IMG/VR virus record: IMGVR_UViG_2974778606_000001
Span: 68,886-132,885 of that record
Reading direction: 5' to 3' (one strand)
Source: a virus
Taxonomy: Duplodnaviria > Caudoviricetes
Length of the DNA: 64,000 bases
Part shown: in pieces, positions 28,805-39,399 of the stretch
Layout: each line of letters starts with the position of its first letter
Position numbering within the stretch: position 1 is the stretch's first letter
Program-made: the position numbers and the translations under genes
Notes under the pieces: generated by a model
Told to the model about the DNA's origin: nothing
What the model saw: the letters and a program-made list of their open reading frames with translations, nothing else
The model's database searches: none

Positions 28805-29263
28805 ATGTATAAGTCAGCGATAGCTGCGATAATGGTCGCCTCTGCTATTGTGGTGGTAACGCCCGGTACGTCAGAGGCAGCAACATTGAAGTCAAAGGCC
28901 CTTACTGTGGCAAAGGCACAGAAGGGAGATAGGTACCTATATGGTGCTGAAGGACCGAATGCTTTCGATTGTTCCGGTCTGACGTATTACTCATACAAGA
29001 AGGCTGGCAAGACAATCAAGCGCGTGGCTAATGACCAGTACAATGCCTCAAAGAAGCTTTCTTCGGGCAGTGTACAGCCTGGAGACCTTGTGTTCTTCAA
29101 GAGGAGTTCAGGCGCAAAGGTCTTTCACATGGGAATTGTGTCTCGTAAGGGGTACATGATTCATGCAAACGCTGGCGGTTACTACGGCAAGAAGGTAATC
29201 GAAGAGAAGATTGCGCCATACTGGGACAAGAATTACATCACTCTGTATGGCTCCGTAAAGTAG
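28805..29263 (+). CDS. Secreted NlpC/P60 (C40) cell-wall peptidase
   Basis: Signal peptide; Y.YGA.GP.AFDCSGL, PGDLVFF, HMGI, IHA. Confidence 0.9.
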   Translation: MYKSAIAAIMVASAIVVVTPGTSEAATLKSKALTVAKAQKGDRYLYGAEGPNAFDCSGLTYYSYKKAGKTIKRVANDQYNASKKLSSGSVQPGDLVFFKRSSGAKVFHMGIVSRKGYMIHANAGGYYGKKVIEEKIAPYWDKNYITLYGSVK

Positions 29264-29271
29264 GAGTGAAA

Positions 29272-29595
29272 ATGGCTCGTGAGTACAAGATTTGGGTTGA
29301 CGATGAGCGACCCGCACCAGACGAAACATGGACGAGGATGAAGAACAGTACTGTTGCTGTTCTTATACTCAAGGCATTGAGGCGTCGTGGTCTTGTGCCA
29401 CGGGCCATTTCTCTTGACCATGACCTTGGCCTGTCCAGGACTACAGGTCTTGAGGACACGACTCGTCCTGTGGTACTGTGGATGTGTGAGGAGGACTTCT
29501 GGCCTACAGAGGTCTATGTTCACACGGCAAACCCGGTGGGCCGTGAGTGGCTTGAGGGTATGGTAAATCGATACGGACCAGGAGTGTCCCGATGA
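29272..29595 (+). CDS. Cyclic-phosphate-processing receiver-domain protein
   Basis: IWVDDER.AP, ISLDHDLG, VHTANPVG. Confidence 0.75.
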   Translation: MAREYKIWVDDERPAPDETWTRMKNSTVAVLILKALRRRGLVPRAISLDHDLGLSRTTGLEDTTRPVVLWMCEEDFWPTEVYVHTANPVGREWLEGMVNRYGPGVSR

Positions 29596-29763
29596 GAACG
29601 TATGAGCCCGACGAGTGGACTCTTGAAATGGCGCTTGGCAGGGCCATGGACAACGATGGCTTGACCTACGGTGAAGCCCTTGCTATCCTTCTTATCACAG
29701 AAGGACGAATCCCCTGGAACAACAATCCTGGAGTTTTCAAGGGGTATAAGCTTAAGGAGCAGA

Positions 29764-30171
29764 ATGCGTACCAGGACGGTTGTGAAATCGGTCGCTAAGC
29801 TGACTCCACAAGAGTACAGAAAATGCTATAGCCTGAACCTGAGATGGGGTGGCTATATGCAGGAAGAACTTATGTTCGCTCGTCGTGGACAGCGAAACAA
29901 AGCCAGCGCGGTGATGATTTTCGATGAAAATGAACGTCTCATCGCCTGGTCCCTTGTTTATGAAAAGTCTGAGGGTCAGATGGTAGCTCACTACTATACC
30001 CGAAGGACTTGCAGGCGACAGGGGTTCGGTGATAAGCTGATGAAACAAGTTCAGCGAATCGCCCCAAAGCCAACCGTTGTGCCGGGTGAAGACATCATGA
30101 GCCAGCGGTTCTTCTCAAAACACCAAGACAATCTGACGTTCGGTAACGTCTACGCTCTATATGGAGGATAA
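29764..30171 (+). CDS. GNAT-like acetyltransferase
   Basis: YYT...RRQGFGDKLM acetyl-CoA motif. Confidence 0.65.
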   Translation: MRTRTVVKSVAKLTPQEYRKCYSLNLRWGGYMQEELMFARRGQRNKASAVMIFDENERLIAWSLVYEKSEGQMVAHYYTRRTCRRQGFGDKLMKQVQRIAPKPTVVPGEDIMSQRFFSKHQDNLTFGNVYALYGG

Positions 30172-30416
30172 TTAAATGACCACCAAGGTTAAGGCTTTCG
30201 AGCTTCGCAAGACCGACAAGGACAACACCTTCAACCTGTACGTTCAGGGTCGATGGGTTGGTCTGGTCGAGACCAGCAAGGCTCCGAACCGTAAGACCAA
30301 CTTCCGCCTTCACGGTGGGCGTGGTAATTGGGAGGACGTTGTTGGTACTAAGAAGGACTTCGAGACCTTCGCCAAGGACAAGTTCTCCAAGTAGTGCCTA
30401 GGCCCGAAAGGGTCAA

Positions 30417-30486
30417 TGTTACGTAGCTTAATTGGCAAAGCTGTCCAAGGCCATGGACGATATGGGTTCAAATCCCATCGTAACAG
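30417..30486 (+). ncRNA. tRNA-like RNA with 6-nt anticodon loop
   Basis: TGTTACG/CGTAACA acceptor, D and T arms normal, GTCCA-AGGCCA-TGGAC. Confidence 0.65.
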
Positions 30487-30565
30487 CAATATTTATTAGA
30501 CTTCATAATCTCTCCCCTGCTATACTGTAGATGCCTAATCCATCAGAGGCAGGAGGATTGATTAA

Positions 30566-30991
30566 ATGGATTTTGTAGAACATCTGGGCTACCAATACCT
30601 TACTGACCTTCTGACGGAAATCCGCGTAGGCCAGCAGGGATTGGAGGAAAGAATGGCAGACCTAACAACTGAGGTTGCAAACCTCCGTGAGGCAGTAAGC
30701 GGTGTTAGCGCACGTGTAGATGCTCTTGTTGGACCACTAACGGACGCCGTTAGAGAGGCACAGGATGCACTAGCAGCCGAGCGTGAAGCAGCAGCGAATC
30801 TTGCAGCAGCAGAAGATGCTGAGGACGTTGCGCAGAACCAGGCTCTAGCAGACGCACAGGCCGCTACAGATGCAGCTCTAGCTAATGCTCAGCAGGCAGC
30901 CGACGAAATCGGTGTAGAAACCGCTCGTCTAAACCAGGTTGCACAGCCAGCTCAGCCAGAGCAGCCAACAGAGCCACCAGTCGAAGGCTGA
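30566..30991 (+). CDS. Ala-rich coiled-coil protein
   Basis: Heptad-like composition; own promoter. Confidence 0.7.
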   Translation: MDFVEHLGYQYLTDLLTEIRVGQQGLEERMADLTTEVANLREAVSGVSARVDALVGPLTDAVREAQDALAAEREAAANLAAAEDAEDVAQNQALADAQAATDAALANAQQAADEIGVETARLNQVAQPAQPEQPTEPPVEG

Positions 30992-31043
30992 TAATTCGAC
31001 TATTGACAACCAGCTTAGCAACATGTTAGGCTGGTTGTCTCAT

Positions 31044-31177
31044 GCCGGGGAAGTTCTTTGGTAAGAACAGTCTCTCTATAGTGTTCATTTGACTGTGCAC
31101 GGTCTCTTGACGCCTCCTAGTAGCGCTGCTAGGATGACAGAGTAGAAAGGTTGGAGGTTCGATTCCTCCTCCCGGCT
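31044..31177 (+). ncRNA. tRNA-like RNA with about 80 nt replacing the anticodon arm
   Basis: GCCGGGG/TCCCGGC acceptor, D arm GTTC/GAAC, T arm GGAGG-TTCGATT-CCTCC; promoter at 31003. Confidence 0.7.
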
Positions 31178-32199
31178 CTATAATGATAACTATAAACTCG
31201 AAGAGTGGAAGGAGCGTAATGATTTACGACCCTGGTTAGTGTAACCACACTAATTGAAGGAGTGAATTATTATGGCAACTGGCAAGGAGCGCGGCTTCAA
31301 GGATTGGAAGCTTTCCAAGGAATTCAAGCGCAGCGCTCGTAACTACACTGAATCCGACACCATTAACCGTGGTCGCAAGAAGAAGAACACGCGTAAGTGG
31401 TGCAAGGGCGTCGAAGGACGTAAGCACACTCTCGCGCTTTACAACAAGTATTCCTGGAGTCACAGCCACAAGTGTGTTAAGTGTGGCAAGGAAATCTGGG
31501 GTCCTGTAAAGCGTGAAGAGTTTGATTTCGTTCCCATGCGTTGGGAAGACTTTCACTGATGCAACTCAAGATGTACGCGATTGCCTGTGACCAAGCAGAA
31601 GCTATCAAAAACTGCTACACAGGCAAGTACACAAATCAACCATTCTGGCCAGAGCACAAGACTCTGGTTCCATATCTAGAAAAGGCCAGGGAGGAAAATC
31701 CTGACCTTCCACTAAAAATCTTTGTCATTAAGGTGAGTGGATGAATGTAAAAGTTGGAGACGTAGTCTGTGACTGTAGATATCTTCACTTGAAGATAGTC
31801 AAAATTTGTGAAGATGGTGACACGGCAATACTCGAAGATGGTTCGAGCTGTTCTATTCGTCACTGTCTTGACTATGCAAATCATGAATGGTCACATCCAG
31901 AAAACATCTCTGTGAGGTAAAAAATGGCCGGTAACAAGAACAGCCGTAAGAAGTGGCTTTGCCTTGACTGCAAGGTAGACACTGGTAGGATTGGTGAACA
32001 CTTCTTTCTCGACATGAGTGTCTGGTCCTTGACAGGACTTGGGCACGAAGGTATGCTCTGTGTAGAGCACGTTGAGAAGCGAATCGGCAGGCGTCTTGTT
32101 CCGGCCGATTTTACTTCCGCCTACATCAACCGCTTGAACAACGGATTCAAGTCTGCTAGGCTTGTCTCACGAATCAAGGGTAACTAACAAGGAGGACCG

Positions 32200-33300
32200 A
32201 TGAAGTTCACCAAGATTTTCTCTCAGGACTTGCTTGACCAGATGGTCAACGAGGGTTTTGTTCGGGTGCAGACTCATCCGGTCCTCCCTCTGCGAATCCT
32301 GAACTACTCTGAGAAGGCTCAGTTCGCTGGCAAATGGAACGCTTGCACGCTGGCGTGCCGTGGCCTTATCATCGACGAGTTTGACAATGTCATTGCTCGT
32401 CCGTTTGAGAAGTTCTTCAACATGGGGGACTCTCACGCTGCTGACATTGACTGGGATGCTCCAGTTGAGGTAACGGATAAGAAGGACGGCTCTATGGGCA
32501 TCCTTTACTCCGTAATGCCATACGATGACTCAATTCCGCCTTACGGTTTTCAGTACGGAATTGCTACTCGTGGTAGCTTTAACTCAGACCAGGCAATTCA
32601 CGCTACGAAGCTGTGGCTTGAGCGATACAAGAACACTGCCGTGCCTCACGACTGGACGTTTATTTTCGAGATTGTCTACCCTGACAACCGAATCGTTCTG
32701 GACTATGGAGACATGGACGACCTCATTCTTTTGGGTGCGGTCAACAAGGAGCACGGCTACGTGTACGGTCCTCGTGAGGCTGCGGCTTTGCTGGATTGGC
32801 AGGGGCCGGTAACCGAGGTGTTCGATTACAAGAATATTCACGAGGCTGTTGGTGCACCTTACCGCAGCAATGCTGAGGGTCTTGTAATCCGTTCTGGTAG
32901 CAAGATGGTCAAGCTTAAGCAGGCTGACTATGTTGAGCTACACCGACTGATTTCAATGCTTTCCGAGCGCTCTGTATGGAGTCAGCTCGCTGAGGGCAAG
33001 ACGATTCTGGAGATTTGTGAGGCTCTGCCTGACGAGTTTCACCAGTTCGTCAAGGATGTCGGTGGGCAGCTTCTTCGGAAGTTCCAAGACATGGAGATTC
33101 TTGCCTGGGACAACTACAATGCAGTAATCGAGAGGCTTCCAAAGAACTTCACTCGACGTGATTTCGCAATGGAGGCCAACAAGGTTGACTACTTCCGTAG
33201 CCACATGTTCATGCTGCTTGACGGCAAGAGCATCGATGAGCTAATCTGGAAGCAGTTGAAGCCAGAGGCTAAGAAGGAGGATGGCTACCCAATCGGGTAG
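32200..33300 (+). CDS. RNA ligase, T4 Rnl1 family
   Basis: CRGLI, PFEKFFN, KKDGS (motif I), TRGS, FEIVYPDNRIV, EGLV, KLK...Y. Confidence 0.9.
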   Translation: MKFTKIFSQDLLDQMVNEGFVRVQTHPVLPLRILNYSEKAQFAGKWNACTLACRGLIIDEFDNVIARPFEKFFNMGDSHAADIDWDAPVEVTDKKDGSMGILYSVMPYDDSIPPYGFQYGIATRGSFNSDQAIHATKLWLERYKNTAVPHDWTFIFEIVYPDNRIVLDYGDMDDLILLGAVNKEHGYVYGPREAAALLDWQGPVTEVFDYKNIHEAVGAPYRSNAEGLVIRSGSKMVKLKQADYVELHRLISMLSERSVWSQLAEGKTILEICEALPDEFHQFVKDVGGQLLRKFQDMEILAWDNYNAVIERLPKNFTRRDFAMEANKVDYFRSHMFMLLDGKSIDELIWKQLKPEAKKEDGYPIG

Positions 33301-33844
33301 CCTCCCAATTAACAAGGAGAAATAAAAAACAATGTCTGACACTGCTCGTACTGCCGATGAGGCCGTTTCAAACGTAAAGCTTATCGGCATGGCCGTTTGG
33401 ACGTGGCTGAGCGCCCATCCTGCGGTCCTCGCTGTTCTGTTCTTCCTGCTCGGTTTTCTCATTGGCTAAATCATGAGGAATGTATTTCGGGCGGCGGCGC
33501 AGAAGGCTGTCAGAGAAGGTATATGCACACCTGCTATAGGGTGTGGACAACCAATCAGGGAGGAAGACTTCACAGATGATGTGTCTCGCAGAGAGGCCAA
33601 AATCTCAGGTCTTTGTCAGTCCTGTCAAGACAGGGTGTACGCAGACGACCCCGAGGATGGGTGAAGAGGCATTTAAGTGCATGGATTGTGGACAACCATA
33701 TCCAAACCATGAACTAACGTGTCCTTGGCATCCAAACAATCTCAAGTAAACAGAGGGCCCTTCGGGGCCCTCTGTTGCGTCTAGGGGTTGACACAGCCCG
33801 TATAACCGACTAGAGTAGAGCTAACAACAACGAAGGGAAACAAC

Positions 33845-34741
33845 ATGGCACAGCTTCTCATCCTCCGGGGCGTTCCGGGATGCGGAAAGTCCACTTTTGC
33901 TCACCAGTGGCTCAAGGAAGGTGAGCGTCGTGCCCGCGTAAACCGTGATGACATTCGCATGCAGTTCTTCGGTAAGGAGACTGGTGTAGATGAGGACATG
34001 GTTACCAAGATTGAGCACATGCAGGTTGACAGCCTGCTCAAGGCTGGATACTCTGTGGTTGTCGATGACACCAACATTCGTCACAAGTACATCACAGAGT
34101 TTGTGAAGATTGGTATGCGTCATGGGATTTACGCTTCAGTGAAGCAGTTTGCGGTTGATGTAGAAACTGCAATCGAGCAGAATCGTAAGCGTGCTGCGGC
34201 TGGGGGACGAAATGTTCCTGAGCACGTCATCCGTAAGATGCACCAGTCTATGAAGTCTAGTGGACTGTACAAGTACAGCTCTGCTCTGGAGGATGCGCGG
34301 GCTGTCAAGCCTTACATTCGCCCGGAAGGTGCAGAGAAGGTTTACCTCTTTGACATTGATGGCACTCTTGCTGCTATGTCTGACAGGTCTCCCTTTGACT
34401 GGTCTCGTGTTGGTGATGATGACCCTCGTAAGCAGGTCATTCTGACAGCGCAGGCCCTTGCGAAGGCTGGCTACAAGATTATCGTCATGAGCGGTCGTGA
34501 TGGCTCGTGTCGCAATGAAACAATCAAGTGGCTTCAGTTCTACGATGTTCCTTTTCACGTTCTGTTTATGCGTGCTGAGGGAGACATGCGCAAGGACAGT
34601 ATTGTCAAGCAGGAGCTGTTCGACAAGCTGATTCGTGATACATACGATGTTGTGGCTGTCTTTGACGACCGCAACCAAGTTGTCGAGATGTGGCGTGCAA
34701 TGGGCGTAGACTGCTTCCAGGTTGCGCCGGGAGATTTCTGA
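33845..34741 (+). CDS. pseT: Polynucleotide 5'-kinase/3'-phosphatase (PseT-like)
   Basis: GVPGCGKST, NRDDIR, DDTN; HAD DIDGT, SGR, FDDR.QV. Confidence 0.92.
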   Translation: MAQLLILRGVPGCGKSTFAHQWLKEGERRARVNRDDIRMQFFGKETGVDEDMVTKIEHMQVDSLLKAGYSVVVDDTNIRHKYITEFVKIGMRHGIYASVKQFAVDVETAIEQNRKRAAAGGRNVPEHVIRKMHQSMKSSGLYKYSSALEDARAVKPYIRPEGAEKVYLFDIDGTLAAMSDRSPFDWSRVGDDDPRKQVILTAQALAKAGYKIIVMSGRDGSCRNETIKWLQFYDVPFHVLFMRAEGDMRKDSIVKQELFDKLIRDTYDVVAVFDDRNQVVEMWRAMGVDCFQVAPGDF

Positions 34742-34840
34742 GATTGCGGGCCTTCGGGCCCGCTTTCTTGGGTAGAAGGGGTTGACACCCCATCAGAGAC
34801 ACGATAGAGTAGTACCAACAACAACGACGAAGGGTCAAAA

Positions 34841-35302
34841 ATGAAGAACACGCTCATCCCGTCCGCTCTCGCTGTTACCGTTGTCGGGGCTCTGGTCCTG
34901 ACTGGATGTGGTGACAAGCCGAGCGACGACTTCGATAAGCGTTGTAAGAAGGCGCATGGTAAGGTCGTTCGTGAGAATGACTTCGAGGGCGAGACGCTGG
35001 GAATGGCTCCGATGGCCTTCTCTGCTGGTAAGGGCGGCGGCGGTAGTCGTGGTGGCTCCCGAGGCTCTGGTTCTGGCTCCAACGATGGTGGCGGCCTGCT
35101 TGGTGGCCTCTTTGGCGGAGACGGCGACAGCAAGAAGTCGAAGCCTAAGTCCAAGACTCCTTCTTCTAAGAAGAACGATGGATGGAAGCTTGCTGACGGC
35201 TCCAAGGGTTCCAAGAAGCCCAAGGGCAAGAAGTCAAAGAGCGACGACAACGACTTCCTGTGTGTCAAGAACGACACGGTTCTGTTCGAGGAGGACGAGT
35301 AA
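34841..35302 (+). CDS. Gly/Lys-rich lipoprotein
   Basis: Lipobox LTGC; low-complexity middle. Confidence 0.75.
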   Translation: MKNTLIPSALAVTVVGALVLTGCGDKPSDDFDKRCKKAHGKVVRENDFEGETLGMAPMAFSAGKGGGGSRGGSRGSGSGSNDGGGLLGGLFGGDGDSKKSKPKSKTPSSKKNDGWKLADGSKGSKKPKGKKSKSDDNDFLCVKNDTVLFEEDE

Positions 35303-35700
35303 AATATGGGAATCATGGACCTTCTGAGCGGTGTAGCCAATCCGCTCAGTGCAACCTCTCGCGCCGGTCGTAAGATGGAGGTTGAAGCACTTCAGTGGGC
35401 TTGTAACCGATGCAAGCTTCACACTCCATATTACGTTCGAGCTGAGATTGCTGACCGCCACAAGTCTACATACTCTGGTACGAATCCTGACGGATATGTG
35501 TACTTTGAGTATATCTTTGTGAAGAAGACGAAGATTCACAAGATTCCTATCACTGCCCATGGTGCACGAGCAAATCAGATTTACTACTACCATGGTGGTG
35601 AAATCACCGATAAGCGTCCGAAGAACTATCTCACGAATAAGCAGCTCAAGGAACTTGAGGACCGCATCATTCGTGAGACGAGTGGATTCACCTTCGACTG

Positions 35701-35865
35701 ATGACAAACAAGTACAAAGAGAAAGACCGTGTCGAATTCATACGCGGCCAATACGATGGTCGTAAGGGCACGGTCAAGTTTGTAACGGCTCATGGTTTTC
35801 TCCTGGTTGACCTGGGGGATGGCAGTGATGTATACTGTAAACCTGAAGACGTTAAGCCTGCGTAA
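35701..35865 (+). CDS. KOW-motif protein (54 aa)
   Basis: KDRVEFIRGQYDGRKGTV. Confidence 0.65.
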   Translation: MTNKYKEKDRVEFIRGQYDGRKGTVKFVTAHGFLLVDLGDGSDVYCKPEDVKPA

Positions 35866-35876
35866 GCAGGCACCAA

Positions 35877-35958
35877 GCGCCCATGGTGGAATGGCAGACA
35901 CACTAGGCTGAGACCCTAGGCTCGAATGAGCGTCCGAGTTCGATTCTCGGTGGGCGTA
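35877..35958 (+). tRNA. tRNA-Leu(GAG)
   Basis: CTAGG-CTGAGAC-CCTAG, variable arm. Confidence 0.9.
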
Positions 35959-35959
35959 C

Positions 35960-36163
35960 GTGGCAAAATACAGAGTAGGTCAGCAGATTGTAGTGACGCA
36001 GTTCGTGCAAAAGGGGGTTGAGTATTCTGGCAGAAGAGGCTTCGTTGAAATTGTAGAAACGCGAGGTCGCTATACGGTCCTGTTGTACGAAACGACATAC
36101 AACGGTATGAAGGTACCCGAATGCACGATTGATGTTAAGGAGAATAACATCAGGAAGGCTTAA
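35960..36163 (+). CDS. Small SH3/KOW-like protein starting 2 nt after tRNA-Leu
   Basis: YRVGQQIVV...SGRRGFV. Confidence 0.65.
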   Translation: MAKYRVGQQIVVTQFVQKGVEYSGRRGFVEIVETRGRYTVLLYETTYNGMKVPECTIDVKENNIRKA

Positions 36164-36234
36164 ATCCGCTTAGCTCAATGGTAGAGCGCTTGCTCGACAC
36201 GCAAGAGACGTGAGTTCAATTCTCTCAGTGGGTA
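36164..36234 (+). tRNA. tRNA-Val(GAC)
   Basis: CTTGC-TCGACAC-GCAAG. Confidence 0.8.
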
Positions 36235-36659
36235 CTGTCGATAAAGGAGAAAAATGTTCAGCATTTATGATATTGCAGCACACGCGCTTGGTGTTGCGTA
36301 TCCAAATGCACCACAAGAATGGCTTGACAGAGCAGCGCGAGAAACAGTAAGCTTCTCTACAAGGCATAAGAATCCAACACCAGAGCAGCGAGACGCATTT
36401 AACGCTCGCATTGAGAGAATGTGTACAACAGGAGAGTGGTAAATGTTTGACAGTGACAGTGTTAAGGTTGGCATTCTGGTTCTTCTCGGATTTCTCGGTT
36501 TCGTTTTCGCTATCACTGGTGGAATCGTTGCTGACAAGTACATGGACAATCAGCGAGTCAGCGAATGTATTTCGGCCGGAAAGATTTGGGCCGAGGATTC
36601 ATGTGTAAACAATGTCAATGAACTTCGGTACGTTGACAACGACTGATTCGTCAGTCCCT

Positions 36660-36733
36660 GGCCCTGTAGCAGAATGGCATATGCGGCTCCCTCAAAAGGA
36701 GTGTCAATGTGGGTTCGAGTCCCATCAGGGCTA
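36660..36733 (+). tRNA. tRNA-Leu(CAA), short variable loop
   Basis: GCTCC-CTCAAAA-GGAGT. Confidence 0.85.
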
Positions 36734-36969
36734 CGTGGAATATAAATTGGGTAAAGCGCCGGAAGGCTATGAGTGGTCTCTTGAGAATGCAGATGGAGAC
36801 CCGTTGTTCTCTGGACGTAAGGGAACAACCTATGGAATCATCGTCACTAAGAACAAGAAGTTCGTAGAACGACGTGGAGTCTTTGTTCCAGAAGAGAGGG
36901 CTGGGGACACCCAGTCTTTCATTACTGCAATGGAAGAAAGCCTGCGCCAGTCCCTCTGAGGGACACCTT

Positions 36970-37054
36970 GGAAGGTGAGCGAGAGGTCTCGCGGACAGTT
37001 TGCTAAACTGTTGGGCTCTGAATTGGGCTCGGGGTTCGAATCCTCCGCCTTCCG
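36970..37054 (+). tRNA. tRNA-Ser(GCT)
   Basis: ACAGT-TTGCTAA-ACTGT, long variable arm. Confidence 0.9.
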
Positions 37055-39039
37055 CGTGTATTATATCAACTGCTCACGATGTGGACCGCATATGGCAACT
37101 TCATATTATATGGAGAATGGCGTATGTGGTCCTTGTCTTTTGGTTGCAATCACAGAAGAACTAGGACTGTATGAAGGGAGGTCAAATGAAGAAGAAGTGG
37201 GTTCCCATGGGGAACAGGGTCATGGATAAGGCGTACATGTATGACAAATCAGGCAACGTACACACTGGTGAAGCTCTGCTACTTGCGCTACTATTGCATA
37301 CGAAGGGCAAGACCAAGCGAGGCCAGGAAGAGATGGCTGAGGTTGGTAAGATTATGAAGGACCGTAACCTACCAAAGGAAAGGAAGAATGGCAACAGGCG
37401 AAGGACCCAAGCTCGTTAGTTATTACGAGTGGTGGTACTGTGACATTGAAGAATTCGTGAAGAATCTCTGGGGTGACAAAGCAAAGTGGGAGGGTGGAGC
37501 AGCAATGTACTTCCCTGCCCAAGACACTTATCACGATGTCGATGTTGATGGCGGATGGGTTGGCGAAGGTTACGACGGCTCAGGCAAGATAATCAATACT
37601 AGGTGGCTGACAGAAGACCTGACCTATGAAGAGGGTAAGGCCATCATTGACAGGTTTAGGGAGCATGGAATGCCTCGTGAGGAGGGCGCTAGCCCCAGCG
37701 TAGAACTTTTGCTCAACTGGCTAGCGTTTGAAAACATCATTCCTACTGGCAAATACCGAGTGACGGTGTATTGGTAATGGGATGGGGTTCAGGAACCAGC
37801 TACTTTGACTATCCTCTAGACCTCATGCTAGAGTATGTCCCAGAAGACAAGCGCAAGGAAGTCATCGAGAAGCTGTACCGAAGCATCAGAGATGGTGACT
37901 GGGATACAGTCGATGAGTCTGCTTACTTCAACCTTCTTGTCAAGTATGACATTGATGGGTATGGTGAGTTGAAGAATGACCCTGACTATCTTGCAGAACT
38001 TAGTGAAGATGAGAAGAAGGAACTTCAAGATGACTAATTATGTTCAACAAGTCAAGGATGCTCTGGCCGAACTTCATCCTCGGATGGAATCAGAGCTGCT
38101 TGACGTGTACACTCTGCTTGTGTTGGTAAAGGGAGAGGCCGTTACGCTCAAGGATGTCCATGACGCGTGGTCTGTCTGGAAAAATAACATTCGTCCAGAC
38201 CACCGTTCATTGATTGAATTTGATGAGCTGACTCCAGAGGTTCAGGCACTCGACCAGCGATATGCTGATAGCATTGCTCTGGTCGCAAAGATTCGAGAGA
38301 TTGTCCTTGCGAACAAGACAACGTAATCTTGGTAGATGTAAGTGTGGTCGGCCAATCTTGACTGGCCACCTTCGTCAATACAATGGTGAAAACACCAAAC
38401 TTTGCCCGGCATGCAATGCTGAGGCTATGATTGAGGAGGTTAGGAATCGTGTCCGGCCCGAGGGTCTTGACAGCACTGATTCTGACGGGTACGATACTTA
38501 ACATAACCTTCCTCGCTCTCGCTGCAAACGAGGTAAATAAGGCGATTGAGGGAGTTAGCGATGACGTACAGCGAAATGCGTGTAGATATGCGAATCCGGA
38601 ACTTGAAGACTGGTCTCAAAGCGACCATTGCCACCAAAGAAAATGGCAAGTTTCGAATCGTTGACGAAAATGGCCACGTAGAAGATATCGACCGATATCA
38701 TGCTGGCGATTGGGAACCGATAAGGTGAATTGACATGTCTGACCCGAAAGTGTACGATGCCCTAGTACGTCTTGAGTACGACTATGAAAACGAATATGGC
38801 GATTCAAGGCGCGGCTGGGTTACTTTCGTAGGGGAGTGGCATAGCAATGTGCCAGTTCCTGCTATGATTAACAAGATTGCTTCAGAGCTGGAGAGCCAAG
38901 CAAAGCAGGGCGAGACTCCAGACCAGAAGAATCTGAAGAATTTCATAGTCACGAACTACAATTTCGAAGAGGCGATTGATGTTTAAAGGAGAAGGTAACC
39001 GGTCTTTCTAATAAGGACCGGTCTTTTCTGTCTCTGGCG

Positions 39040-39354
39040 ATGGAACTCAGTTTGAAGAGTAACATGAAGCAGAGGCACGGAGCAGTCGTTGTGAAGGGCG
39101 GTAGGGTGCTCTCACAGGGCTGGAACCTATTGAAGAATGACCCTAACAACGTGAGCGACGAGCATCTTATACGCTTTTGCTCAGTGCACGCTGAACGGAT
39201 GGCGCTGGCTCGTTGCAAGAATGCTGCTGGTGCTACAGTCTACGTAGCACGCAACAAGTCTGGACGAGAACGTTTCTCCAAGCCTTGTGATGCATGTCAT
39301 GCTGCCCTTGAGGCGGCTGGTGTGGCAAGGGTTGTGTACACGGTAGACCTCTGA
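39040..39354 (+). CDS. Cytidine/dCMP deaminase-family protein
   Basis: HGAVVV....GWN, VHAE, KPCDAC. Confidence 0.85.
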   Translation: MELSLKSNMKQRHGAVVVKGGRVLSQGWNLLKNDPNNVSDEHLIRFCSVHAERMALARCKNAAGATVYVARNKSGRERFSKPCDACHAALEAAGVARVVYTVDL

Positions 39355-39399
39355 TAGACTCAAGCATGTAAGCGGCTCACAACAACCAAGGAGAGAATC

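Noticed and set aside
31044-31177. Amber-suppressor or intron-containing tRNA call
   Set aside because: No register gave a convincing 5-bp anticodon stem after removing an intron; kept only as a tRNA-like RNA
34555-35340. 261-aa minus-strand ORF
   Set aside because: Antisense to PseT and the low-complexity lipoprotein; no RBS, and the whole region is transcribed on the plus strand
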